Shown here: positions 25,155-37,825 of the stretch, in pieces
Position numbering within the stretch: position 1 is the stretch's first letter
Layout of the letters: each line of letters opens with the position of its first letter
Source of the DNA: Podarcis tiliguerta
Taxonomy: Eukaryota
Strand: one strand, 5' to 3'
DNA length: 64,000 nucleotides
NCBI GenBank assembly: GCA_965153285.1
Contig: OZ229110.1
Notes under the pieces: generated by a model
What the model was told of the DNA's origin: nothing
What the model saw: the letters and a program-made list of their open reading frames with translations, nothing else
The model's database searches: none
Position numbers and translations under genes: made by a program

Positions 25155-27216
25155 CTATATGAAAGGGAAATAAAGGGAAATGCTGTGGATCCAGCTGGAA
25201 ATGTTTGTTTTATGTTGTTATTTTAGCATAATTAAAGGAAATTAAAAACATTTTGGCTGTAATTGGAAACACACAAGGAACATGTTGGGGGTTACGTCCG
25301 AGTAAATAGGCACAGAAGTACACTGTAAGGGTGATATCCAATGTTGAGTCTTACTCAGAACAGACCCACTTAACTCAATGGACTCTAGTCAACATACACA
25401 CTGAATCTGGACTAGGTTGTGTCTTTGTGTGCATGAGGGAGAAGACATGCCTTCCTCTCTAGCAACTGCTTCTTCCTCCTTAGTGAAGCTAAACTGGCAA
25501 TCTAAGTGGCACAGGAGTATGCTAGAGGAACCAAGCAGCCCAGGTGCTGAAGGAAACCAGCTTCATAGGGTCAGATGCCTGATTGTTAGGGGCAAACGCA
25601 AGATTTAAAAAAGCATCAAGGCTGGTAGCAGTCAGGGGCTATTTGTGCAGCAGGCAAGACTCTTGGCTTTCTGGCAGGTATGTGCAAATCCACCGTTCTC
25701 AAAGGGGCCGTTTAACGCTCTTCAAATAATTTTCCTGTTTTGAAAATAAGCAAAGTCATAGGAGGCAGGTAGTGTAAAACCCTTCGTTTTGGGCCCGTCT
25801 TTCTCCGTTCACTCCATGCAGTAAGCGTTTGGTATTTAATTAATAGTTGGGGTGTTTGCTTTGCTTATTAAAGAAAACGTTGAAGTCTAGCTAGACTGGT
25901 CATCCATTTTGCTGGACTGCATTTTGATCCTTAGGAAGGGATTCCCTTCAAATAGGGGAAATTTCATGTTGTGGGGAAAGGGGGGGGGAAGGATATAATA
26001 TTTGTTATTAAAGAAGAAAGATTATACCACTTTTACAGAATAAATAGAGATATTCATTCGGCAGAGCTGTCAATCAGACTCTTTCATCACCTCTACAATT
26101 AAAAAAGGGGCCCTCTTACACAGAAATCAGTCCACAAAGGAGGCTCACAGGTTACCCACTGCTCAGACACCCTGCATTCTATGTGTTTTAAACATTTGAA
26201 CCTAATACACTTATGTATATATACATAAGTACTATAAAAATTTGAAAAACTGGATTTACAATTATGCACTCTGGCTGATTTAAGGCAGTAACAAATCATG
26301 ATTTATTAGAAATGCCCTACAGGGCATCAGAACATTTGATTTGATTATTACTTGTATCAATGGGGGTGCTATTTACATGGGACTTATTGGTAAACGGCAG
26401 CATGGAAGACACATGGAGTATGGCTGAGTTCTTCTTCACCTAATCTGCCATGGAAGGGCTTGTAGAATAGCCAGCCTCATATAATCTACATGCTTAAGTC
26501 AAATTAATGCATGGATAGGTTAATACCATAGAGTAAGCTGTCCTGTCAGGCTTAGCAAGGTCACTTCCCCTTACCTTGGCAGGAAATGAGTAATCAAGTC
26601 TCCAGTCTACCAGATAAACTCAGCATGTGAGGAAGCTAAGCTGGTTGGTTCAGCTTAGCCACATGGCTCTCACAAGCCATTATTGTGCTCCTATACCAAT
26701 AATTTAGGAACTTTCACCACTGCCTGTGCATTCTCACTAATGTACAGAAAAGCACATGAGCCTGACCTTTGAAAAGTTGGTAAGTAAACCATTTTTAACT
26801 TACCAAACGTGTGGCCTTTTTCTATGCTAGGGCAAATGGGAAACTTTGGAAGGAATTTCCAAATATCTATACCCATTTTTCCCCTTGAACCAACAGTACT
26901 AAAGCAGATATCTCCTTTTAAAAACTAGGCATTCATTTCCCCCTGATTTCCCATGCTAACAAATTTGATCAGTGTAGGCTGCCAATACCATTGTAGCAAA
27001 TCCAGCAATCACTTCCATCTGTGGCATGGTTCTGTGGGCCACAGCAGTACAGTACAAGCATCTCAGGAAGCTGCAGAGGCTGGAGAGCTTCCAATGTATA
27101 TCTGCCCCCCTCCTTCAAAGCTTTGGTGTGAATGTGCCCTTGGGTAACAGTGGTTATGAGCTAATGAGGCACTGTGAAGCGTCTTGCACCAAAGAGGCCT
27201 GATTTTGATTATAACT

Positions 27217-27225
27217 ACACACACA

Positions 27226-27268
<43 letters not shown>
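27217..27268. repeat. (AC)n(AG)n compound microsatellite
   Basis: Direct reading. Confidence 0.95.
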
Positions 27269-27273
<5 letters not shown>

Positions 27274-30200
27274 TCTCTGTGTCCACTCACCTATCTTGCT
27301 AAGAGGAGGAAGCAGACTGGGTTTGACAGTCATATTTGTCTCTGTTACTCCCACACCTCAAGGGAGATCTGTTTATTAATGTGCCACTTCCCTTGATAAA
27401 TTACTAAATAGAAAGAAAAGCCTTGTACTCATTCCTCGTTGCTCTTTCCTGTGATTTATGCCCGCAGTGTCAGCTCTGCCATTGGTCCCCATTAATTTGA
27501 TGAAGGAAGAAGTCTTGATGTCCAACAGCAGCCTGGTGCAGCCGTCTAACACACCCCTTTGCTATACACACACACAAGTAATTCCCCCCCCCCCCGGTGT
27601 AAAACTCTGCTGGAAGCTGTCAGATTCTGCAGGTTGGCCTGGGACTCTTCCGGTACAAATATAGTAATATGCACTTTATTACTGCCTGCTCTAATTTAAA
27701 TCCTTCTGATATTTCTGCAGGGATTGGGGTTTCTGTTTTCAATGCAGCATCTCCACATGGGTCTCTCTGTTATGATGAGTTCATGTGTGTGCTGAAATCA
27801 CAAGGCTGCCCTCAGATTATTCTACAGATTAATTACTTCTTCTTTCTTGGCTCCGTTTTTCTTGCAGGAAGGAAGAAGGGAAGCTAATAGGAAGGTTGCT
27901 TTGTTTTCCTTCACATAGTTCTGAGAACTTAAAGGTAGTCTCCCCCCCGCCCCCCACCACACATGAGGTTCTTCTATCATATCAACTTTCTAATATGGTA
28001 CAAACCATGTTGGCCAAAATGCTAATTTGGATTACAAATATTTATCACTTTATCTTCCACAGTACCATATAAAGAGCCTTTGAGAAAGGCTCAAAATGTG
28101 AATAAAGTCTCACAGCCTAAAACAGCCTAATCTTTGTATATTCTCTCTACACTTTAAAAACTCTCCCACCCCCAAAGCTAAATTCTTCTATGTTATGAAA
28201 AGTATGCAAATTAGAAAGTTTGGATAATTTTGCTTTGGGGGGATATCTGCTAGTGTTGTTTTTTTTTCTTTTAGGTTTCTGCTCAGTGCTTTCATTCCCT
28301 ATCCTCTGAAATCCAGTTGATCCTCAGACCCTTTCCAAGACAATCTTCGTTTTGCACACACAGGCTTAATGACTAGTAAGTTGCCTCCAACCCCTTTTAA
28401 TGGAACATTCTTGGGTTTGCCTTGTGATGGCTGGACAGCTGAAGAGGCAACAAACAATGTCAGGCTGATTGTTGTGGTGAGAGGTGAGCAAATAGAGGAA
28501 GTTTAAAAGCTTTCCTCTTGGGTCTTTCTGCATTTAAGGTGGCTTTAAAGGTTTGGTTCCCAAGTGAAAAAGCAGAGAGTGCCTGCTTCCTCATGCTTCC
28601 TGACCCTCTGCAACAACATCAAGGCAGGAATGCAGCCTTTGCATTTCCCTCTCCTGAGAGATGTTCAGGTTCCTCAGAGAGAGATGTGGAGTGCAGGGAA
28701 CGGTAGTGTGGGAATGTGGGTTTGCAAAATGACATTGTGCAGAGGAGCAGGAAGTCTATTTCCTGACCATGTTCAGCAGCAGAACACCTGAAGTTACAAT
28801 CAGCTTAACATACATCTTGGAAGTATTCCTCTAATGGGGTTTCCACACATCACTTCCCCATTTGAATCCATGCTAAGTAAGGCTTCAGTACTCTGTGAAT
28901 TGCTTGCTTTTGTTTTGATTTCAGATATACAAAAAGAAAGCAACCTTGTTCCAAACTGGCGGTGTTTGGTACTTAATCCCCCCCTTTTCATTAATAATAT
29001 AAACAAAAAATTAAGTAGGTTTAAGCAACCTAGCCTACTTATATTACACCTTCTGCTGATTCAGACTGACTTATGCCTTTTCTTCCACCCAACACCCCCT
29101 TCCCCTTATGCTCCCATCTCCAATTTCTGACTGTCCTGCTCCTAAAACACTTTACTTTCCATAGTGAGGAAATGAAATGAACCATGGAATTTTTCAAGGT
29201 AAGCACATCAGCCACCTGCTGTTATTCAGCCCTGCCCTGGCTTTCCTGGTGATTGAATTGGAAAAGGAATCTAGAATAACCATAGAACATATTCTATTTT
29301 CCACTCCACTCCACACCCCACCTTTATTTAAAAATATACAAAGGATGCAGAGCCAGAAGCGTATCTTTCTGACATCCACTCATATGCAAAAGTGGCAAAT
29401 ATATATCGTCAAAAGGAGTTTTGTTGGGCACAATGCAGCCCCCTTATCACTAAGCAGCAAATAGCTGCCACCAACCTCACTGGACTGTTTCCTTATTAGC
29501 ATTTTTTTGTACTGTGGCATCTCCTCATGTCTTGTTTACACTGCTGCAAATGCCAAGCATTTGTGCTGGCACCAGGTGATGTCCTAGACGCCTTATTTCT
29601 TACGGCACAGAGGGCCCCTTTAGCTTTGCATTTCAAGATATTTAAGATCCTTGCTGGGAGACAAGAAAGCTGCTTTCTGTTCCACAATCCACAAAAGTGG
29701 TTGTCTAGGAGTCCCTAAACCAGCATAAGTAAATGGGATTGTTTGGAACCTGGGATTCAGCACAAGTTTAGTCAAAAGATCTGAGGGAAGAGCTCTTGCA
29801 GACAGGGGCTATCTCTTCAGTTTGTAAATCTTGTTTTCAAATGAGCACAGGAAAAATCCATTGAATTTGATAAGAACCAAGTCATATTTTAAAAACACAT
29901 GCATGAACAATGATGGCCATAATGTGTGCTTTTTATTTGCATCTGGGGACTATGGTCCCCTTTAAGCGCTTATGTTGTCCCCAGCAAGTACAAGATAAAG
30001 CAGGAAAGATGAAAGTGAACTTTTTACTGAAAGCGAAACTTTAGCTGCAGAATTTTGTTGAGGCTTGTGAAGTTTCTAAAGGGACTTCTGCACATCCCTG
30101 AAGGCTTAGCTTCAAATAAAATCTGAAGCAAAATTTTTGGTTCTTCCTCAGATGAAACATCTGAGGAATTTCAAGAAAAGGCAAGTGAATTTTGGCAAGA

Positions 30201-30395
30201 CTAGTGAAATCCCTCAAGGGGTTTTGCACATGCCAAGCTGAGATAAAACTTGCACAGGAGACACTTTCTACAGACTGCGCTCTCTCTCTCTCTCTCCACA
30301 TATGATGACATAGGGTAAGGATCTGCAACTTGTGGTGATTGGAGGCAATTTGACCCTTGAAGTGTGTCATCTGATTCCAGATACCAATCCAAGGG

Positions 30396-30415
30396 GTGTG
30401 TGTGTGTGTGTGTGT
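30396..30415. repeat. (GT)10 microsatellite
   Basis: Direct reading. Confidence 0.9.
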
Positions 30416-30727
30416 TTTTTTGGCAGCTGTGGAAACAGGACTTGGTGACTGGCCACTTAAGCATCCCATAGATCTCCAAATATACCTTTCCACCAACCCC
30501 CCTATAAAGGGTACTCTTTTAAGTCAGATTGGTGTATTGGTTCGTGAGCCTAGTCCAGGCAACTCACAACTTGCAGACATTTAAGTTGCATGCATTCAGC
30601 TTTATGCGCTCGGCAAAAAAATAAATAAAAAGGGGGCAGAATCAGGGTAGCTGTCTGGGAAGAAAGACTTTGGCAGTCACACCTGCCACTGAACTCGGTG
30701 TTTTGACTATGTACACTTTTGGCTTTG

Positions 30728-30942
30728 CAGTGGTACCTCTGGTTACAAAATTAATTTGTGCTGGAGGTCTGTTCTTAACCTGAAACCTTTCTTAACCTGA
30801 GGTACCACTTTTGCTAATGGGGCCTCCCGCTGCCGCCGCACGATTTCTGTTCTCATCCTGAGGTAAAGCTCTTAACTCGAGGTACTACTTCCGGGTTAGC
30901 AGAGTCTGTAACCTGAAGTGTTTGTAACCCAAGGTACCACTG
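30728..30942 (+). mobile_element. Tc1/mariner (Tigger/pogo-like) MITE, copy 1
   Basis: TIRs CAGTGGTACCTC...AAGGTACCACTG. Same family as copies at 37873, 40989 and 56233. Flanked by TG/TG rather than TA. Confidence 0.88.
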
Positions 30943-31004
30943 TGCATGCTATTCCCCAGAACATGACCCCTGCGTAAATTGAGAGTCGGCTGTACAGGGA
31001 AGTC

Positions 31005-31188
31005 CATAGTACAAGTCTCCACTCAGGCATGAAGCTCACGGGGTGACTCTGGATCACTCAAACCTCAGTTCACCCACACACAGCCTGACGTAGCCCACAG
31101 GGTGATGGTGAGCACAAAACTGACACAAGAGAAACATGTGTGCCACCATGAGCAACTTGAAGGGAAGGCAGGATCAAAATGAAATAAT
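31005..31188 (+). mobile_element. Degraded CORE/MIR-like SINE
   Basis: catgaagctcacggggtgactctgg...gccaccatgagcaacttgaagggaaggcaggatcaaaatgaaataa resembles the reverse complement of the 36324-36519 element. Confidence 0.55.
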
Positions 31189-33015
31189 GTGTTTTTTCAT
31201 GGAAGGACTCCCCCCCCCCCTTCTTTGAATCACTCTTTCTTTTTCAGGTACTCTTTTCTAGGTCCTTTGCAAATAAACTTTAGTCCACTGGGAAAGAGAC
31301 ATACATATACTTTTGTTTGCTTGTTTGATGCCAGTGCCGTATGACAGCGACCCAACTGCTGCCCTTCTGGATGACAGACATGGGAGCTGGATGGAGTGGG
31401 AGCTGCAATTTGTTACAAGTGTCGCTATTTCCAGTGCCCTTCACAAACTACAGTTCCCAGGATTCTCAAGGATGGTTGAATATGGCAGAAGAGTGCTTTA
31501 AATGTATGGCGTGGAAATGAACAATTGAGAAAAGGGAGAATAGAAAGGCAGTGATCCTGGCAGCCTATTGTAGCTGCTAATAGTCCATGAAAGGTTACAG
31601 AAGAGCTTCCTCAGAGGAGCAGTCTTAAAAGCTGATCTCATTCTCCAGAGGTTGCCAAAGTTCTGTCCTTCTGCGTGACATTAACATAAATGCAGCTGTG
31701 AGGAACTGGAAATTTTACTCCAGAGCTGCCTCCTGAGAAGAGTCATGTTGAAGGCTGACTAGTTTATTGTGGGCATGAGCGTCAGTAGACAAGATCTGGC
31801 TTCAACAGATGTGCAATGTGAAATGAAGCGGTGGCGTGCACACAGATGCAGGAAGAAAACATAAGCCTGGCTATTCAACAATCTGGAACATCAAAAACAA
31901 AGTGTTGTGTTTTTCTCCTCTATTAAACATCATGTGCACTGAACCTGTATATGTGCATATATAGTCACCATCTTTCCAGTTCACTTCATGGAACTGATGG
32001 AGTGCCTACCAAAACAACATGCCACAATATAGTCACTCTGCTACAATTTGCCCCTATGTACCGATAAATCCACAGAAAACATCTTGTTCAACAAAGACTT
32101 TTTCCTAAAGGACTCCATCAAATGCACCACACAGCTATGGCAATGCAATGACTGCTGTGGTATTTTTACCCAGTTTGACTGGCTAATCTGTGGTAAACTT
32201 TCTTCCACCCAAGACCAAATATGGTAATCACTTAGCAACTCAGGATACAAGCTACTCAAGTTTCAGAGGTGAACAGCCCCAGACATTTCTTTCTTTCTGT
32301 TGTCTCATTTTTCAGTCAGAACCACCTCTACTGCTTCTGTAAAAAAGCAGGAATACCAAGTGCCTGATCCAGCCAAGGTTAAGTACGTTTAAGTCCCATT
32401 TCTTTCATTGGAAGCATAAAGCATGTGCTGAAATCAACAGGACCCAGATTACAAGTGCTTCAACTTAGGCTATATTGTGCTCAAAGAAGCAAGCAGGCAA
32501 ACAAAACCCCACTGACTTCAATAACTGGAGAAAACACTTATGACAAAACCGGCGAATTAATTCTTCACCCTCTTAACTGTTCTGAAGGGCCATCGCTGCT
32601 TCAAAGCAGGCAACCTAAATAGGCAAAGCAGGCAAAATGTTGGACTACAACTATTCCCACCCCCTCTCTCTGTGAGAGGAGGTTGTCCTGTGTTGGTTTG
32701 CATATTATAAAGCCTGATGGGGGCCTTCCCTCATTAACAGTACAAAGTTCTTACAACTCATACTCTGAAGCCTCACAGTACCTGACGAGTCTAATGAAGG
32801 GTGCTTTGTTAGCAACAGCACCGGAGTGTTTGCAATGTATGCTGTATGCTTTTGATAGACAATCTCAAAAAAAATGAGGGTGGGGCCCTTTGCTGCCCTG
32901 GTTTCACCATCTGTGTCTGTCACAAAAAAAGGACCTACAGTCAAGCACAAAAACTAGAGAGGCCTGGCTGGATAATCCATCACCCTGTACAAAGCTTCCT
33001 GTTACAAAAATATAA

Positions 33016-33039
33016 ACACACACACACACACACACACAC
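33016..33039. repeat. (AC)12 microsatellite
   Basis: Direct reading. Confidence 0.9.
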
Positions 33040-33464
33040 TTTTGCAGTGAGGACACTATCGTGAAATCCACTACTAATTACAGATGCTAAGTGTGCTCCC
33101 TATAGTCATCAGGCGCATGATGGCTGCCATCTGCTCTAGGAACAGTCCTTGGGACTAAAATGCCCTCAGGGTGTACACAACCAAGGGCTTGCCCAGACTT
33201 GCGCTTGTCCCGTGCCTAGAAAGCATGGGTTCGGACGGTTTTCCCTTTGCCCCACGCTTTCAAGTGGTTTTGTCCTTGCCCCGCTGATTTCCTTTGGAAA
33301 GCCCACTCTTTAGCAATAATTCGGAGCAAACATCAACCAGAAGAAAGCCTGATTGACGTTTGCTCCGATTCAGGGGTGAAGACCAAATTTCCTCAGGGGA
33401 AAGCTGGAGGGCAAGGGGAAGTCTGGGTGAGCCCTCGGGCTTCTGCTTCTGCTTCCTTACTCAC

Positions 33465-33656
33465 CATCTACAGGGCTGAGGTAATCATGAAGGTGCGTTG
33501 CACTGGCTGCTCCCGCACTCTGCATAAGGAGGTCCCCGTAAGGGTTTGGGTGGCTGGCCATGAGCGTCATCTGGTGATAGTAGTCCGCAGGGTTGGCTCC
33601 TGGAGGAGGAGGGGGCAGGCCAAAGAGACCTCGTTCTTTCAGATGCTCGTGAGCTA
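33465..33656 (-). CDS. GLI2: GLI2 coding exon (exon 5 equiv.), N-terminal repressor region
   Basis: tttctcccgtgcag|TAGCTCAC ... GTAGATG|gtgagt; 192 nt; (V)AHEHLKERGLFGLPPPPPGANPADYYHQMTLMASHPNPYGDLLMQSAGAASATHLHDYLSPVD. Confidence 0.95.
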
Positions 33657-34717
33657 CTGCACGGGAGAAAGAGCGAAGGGGGAAGAGGAGGGAGAGGGAG
33701 AAAGAAACAACAAGAATAAAATATTTCCGGAGAGTAAAACCGCTGCCGTGACACTAGAATCTCCCCCTCTCCCTGCCAAAAGGTTGCAGTTACAACTCTG
33801 ACGTATGCTTAGGACGTGTGTGCTCTCTGTGGACAAAAGACACCAGGCTGGGGCCCTCCACATTCCTCCATTTCCGCAAATTTATAAACAATCTCTCATT
33901 TCCACCCCCCTTCTAATAATCCCTCTGTATGAACACAGAGTTCACCAGCAAGAGCAAGAGAGAGAGAGAAATGGAGGGGAGGTGGTGAGGGATCCAAGCG
34001 CAGTAACGCTGTCAGAATTAACATCCCAGGCTATTATGAAAGAAAAAGACAAACACGGCCCAGTTAACGAGAAGCAGCATAAGAAAATTAAAGCAGGGTT
34101 CTAATACGCAGAGTGGGGGCGGGGGTTGTGTGTTTAGTGCCTGGCAGTAGAAAACCATTTGGCTTGCCAGAACCAATTATCCTCACTTTTGCCCATTTGT
34201 GAATTTTCAAACCTGCTTCTCCGTCCGCTCTCCATTAACTTATTTATTGTGGCTTGAAGGAGAGGGGGAGGGAGAAAGAAAGAAAACCGAAAGGCAACAC
34301 AAAGGCCCCTTTCTAACGCCAAGTAATAAGAATTTTTCTTTTGCCGGCAGGAAGGAGGCTCGGGAGTAGCAAGAGGGAGAAAGACTACAAGAGCAATAAA
34401 ATGCATCCGTAGTTTGCTTAGAGCAGAGACTTGGAATCTTAACACTTGCTGGAGGGAGAGGCCTCTGGGACCAGCAAAACCAAATCAGCAGCAACAGAAA
34501 AGCCAGGCGTTACCAGATTGGTTAAGTCTGCCAGGCTGGATTCTAGTTCTGATTCTGCACAGCCTGGATGCTGGGCTTCATCAAATGTATAATTCAAGTG
34601 GATAATTATTACAGACTATGGGCCATACAGCTGTCATCTGAGCATTTGCATGTAGGTATTGGGGCAGGTGGCTGCTACCTACTGAACTTGGTTTTTGGTA
34701 TGACTACTTAATAGTGA

Positions 34718-35064
34718 GGGATGTGGGTGGCACTGTGAGTTAAACCACAGAGCCTAGGACTTGCCGATCAGAAGATTCCTCGCGATGGGGTGAGCTCCCG
34801 TTGCTCAGGCCCTGCTCCTGCCAACCTAGCAGTTCGAAAGCACGTCAAAGTGCAAGTAGATCAATAGGTACCACTCCGGCGGGAAGGTAAACGGCATTTT
34901 CGTGCGCTGCTCTGGTTTGCCAGAAGCGGCTTAGTCATGCTGGCCATATGACCTGGAAGCTGTGCGCCAGCTCCCTCGGCCAATAAGGCGAGATGAGCAC
35001 CGCAATCCCAGAGTCGGTCACGACTGGACCTAATGGTCAGGGGTCTCTTTACCTTTACCTTACC
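34718..35064 (+). mobile_element. Sauria SINE (Squam1), near full length, with target-site duplication
   Basis: gggatgtgggtggcactgtg...ctgccaacctagcagttcgaaagcac...gtagatcaataggtacc...(ACCTTT)n tail. TSD taatagtg at 34709-34716 and 35065-35072. Confidence 0.9.
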
Positions 35065-35448
35065 TAATAGTGTCTTTTCCTATTTACCATTGACATGAAT
35101 AGATGATGAGGACCAAGAGTGCCCAGGAATATTAAGGCCAGCAGCGTTCCCAAGCATCATTTTCTTTTCTTTTTTAAAAAATCAACCTTTCCCTTCAATC
35201 TGATCCTATTTCTCTTCTCCTCCAACCTAGCACACAGCATGGGTGTTTTACCTCTCCTCCTCCATAAGAGGAAGCATCCTAATAACATAAGACGCGTCCT
35301 TTTCAAATGCTTCAAATGGAGAGTTTACTTCATCCAGAACTGCCCTTGCCTATTGGCAGCTCCCATCGAGGAGACTATCCTTGAGATGCATCGATACACA
35401 GGACCAGGTTTCAGCTGGCAGCTCAGCCAAGCCTGCATTCCCACTTAC

Positions 35449-35651
35449 CGTCAGCTGGGCTGAGGCCTCGAGCTGCTGAGATCATAGAGAGGGTCGGGCT
35501 GCCGTGCATGGAGCGGAGGTAGTGCTCCATATGGGGGTTCATGTACGCGTGAGGGTGGTTGAAAGGCGACTCTGCAGGCCCCGCAGGATGTGGAGAAAGG
35601 CGGATGAGAGAGATGTCGGAGATGACAGGGCTACCACTCAGAGTAGGAGGT
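35449..35651 (-). CDS. GLI2: GLI2 coding exon (exon 4 equiv.)
   Basis: ctaactcctttgcag|ACCTCCT ... GCTGACG|gtaagt; 203 nt; (G)[67 protein letters not shown]. Confidence 0.96.
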
Positions 35652-35982
35652 CTGCAAAGGAGTTAGAAAGAAGTCCCGTCAGTGGGAAGTTTTGTTCAGC
35701 CTCTTTAGCATATTTTGGGTATATTAGCATACTGTGAAACACCAAAACAAATATTAGTTAAGACAGAACATTTAAGCCAGCTTAACCATTCTCAAATCTA
35801 GCCAACGCCGCCTTTTTTCGTGGCCACAGGATCATTTGCTGAGGCAGAGAAAAATCGAGGTGTCTTATTTCTACACAGTACAGACCAAGGGCTGTAAATT
35901 GAATACATGTTATTTAAATGCCTTTCAGCTGATTAGTTAGTTAAGTGGCTACATGCACATACTTCTGCATATTAGCTACAGC

Positions 35983-36141
35983 CAGTGCTTTTTTTCCTGG
36001 GGATATGCAGGGGTACGCATACCCCTAAACATTTTGTGAATCTAAGTTTGGCCTCATTGAAGGGCAGTATTTCAATATGAGTAGGAAAATGAGAGTACCC
36101 CCTAAACGTTTTTTTAAATAGAAAAAACAACAACAACACTG
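35983..36141. mobile_element. hAT-type MITE with perfect 8-bp TSD
   Basis: Ends CAGTGCTTTTTTT ... AAAAAA..CACTG. TSD gctacagc at 35975-35982 and 36142-36149. Confidence 0.85.
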
Positions 36142-36323
36142 GCTACAGCCATTCCTGGGCAGGGACAACATGGCCACTGTGCTCCATGCTTGAGCAACCT
36201 CCTGTTTAAACTACTTCTCCTTCAGACAACTTGGGGATGACAATACACCTGGTGATGTCCAAGTGCCCACTAGAGAAACAGTTATTGCTTTCAAGCATTG
36301 TTGTGGGTTCCCAGAAAGTATCT

Positions 36324-36519
36324 CTTTTATTACATTTATATCCCACTTTTCCTGCAAGTTGCTCAAGGTGGCATACCCCACCCCCCATTTATCTTTACAA
36401 AAACACGCTGAGGAAAGTTAAGCTGAGAGTAAGTGACAGGCCCAAGGTCACCCAGTGGGGATTTGAACCCTGGTCTATTGGATCCTAGTCCAACACTCTA
36501 ACCACTACACCACACTGCC
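36324..36519 (-). mobile_element. tRNA-head CORE/MIR-like SINE
   Basis: Minus strand: ggcagtgtggtgtagtggttagagtgttggactagg...gggttcaaatcccc (A/B boxes), gggtgaccttgggc (CORE-like), L2-type AT-rich tail. Confidence 0.7.
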
Positions 36520-36527
36520 TTTGATTA

Positions 36528-36611
36528 GGTCTCTGGTTAGCCACTGTGACAAGTAGGATGCTGGACTTGATGGGCCTTTGACCTGATCCAGCAGGCTACT
36601 TGTATGTTTCT
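36528..36611 (+). mobile_element. CR1-like LINE extreme 3' end
   Basis: ggttagccactgtgacaagtaggatgctggacttgatgggcctttgacctgatccagcaggctacttgtatgtttct. Confidence 0.6.
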
Positions 36612-37825
36612 ACAGGGTCCTGCTAGGTCTAATGGGACAAATGGAGCCCTAATTCTAAAATAACGTTTTTTGAGAGGGTGGGAACAGGCATTATCATTAT
36701 ATAACGATTCCCAACGTCTACCTGCAAGACAATGTAATTTTTGTTACATGGGGAATATAACAAGGCTTCCCTATTTGGGGCCTGCTTATGCCATGGTGTG
36801 GCACACAGCTTGCTAGCATCTCTGGGATTTCGGCTGTGATGACATCACCCACCCCAGTGATCTGTGTGTGCAAAGCTCTGTGAGGGTGCAAGCTTCCTGT
36901 CTCAGGAAAGGTTGGAGATAATGAGGCAACTGTGCAAAATGTACCAATTCAATTCATATTGGTAGAAAGGGCTGGCAGGGGAAGAGAAAAGCGAATCAAA
37001 GCCTGTGTTTCAGATTTGGCTTGAGATCGTTACAAATAATCTCTAGCCCCATCTGGAAAAAATGAAACAGGATTAAAAATAAAAGGAGTGATGTCATTAA
37101 GAAAACATCTGACATTTTAATGCTGAGGAAGCTAAATTCAAGTGTGTGTGACTACATTGGGGAGGTGGGAGTAGGAGGGGGAGGGATGTAAATTAAAAGC
37201 AGTCCCAGACTACCCTGACCCACGGAGCCTGCCTTCATGCATAAGCCTCGAAAGAAATTCTCTTACATACACAATAAGCTTCCCCTTTCATCAATACCCA
37301 GTTTCTCCCAACAGGATTGTGAATGCCTTTGATGCCGGCTTGGAACTATGTATTACTTGGTTTATGACTCTTTTGAGTCCATTCCGATCAAACTAGGAGG
37401 CCAGCATCTAAAGCCTATTAACAATACCCAGGGCTTGCTTTTCATTTTTGCCCAAAGCTTATACGGGGAAGTGGAGTCCTTCACTGAAACTTTTTTTGCA
37501 TTGGCTAAAAATTGGAATGCACGATGACAGCATCAAGGTTTTAGCTGGAATGTGTGCTACATTAGGGAAAGTAATGGGTGTGTATGAGGGGGGTGTCATC
37601 ACCTAAATATCTTGTTGTCACTTTGGAAGGTCATTGTTTACACTGAAACTGGAAGCACCTGCTCAACACCTCAACATGCAGCATAGATGGAGAATCCAAC
37701 AACAACTGAAAAATCAAGATGACTCCACCAGCTAATTTATTTACAAAAAGGACTGTGAATACTCTGTCCTCAGAAGGGAGAGCACCACCAAGGATGTAAT
37801 AAAACAATCTACACTGGCGGTTACT

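Noticed and set aside
33247-33801. 184-aa plus-strand ORF
   Set aside because: Antisense to exon 5 and its purine-rich flank; non-ATG start and no protein similarity recognised.
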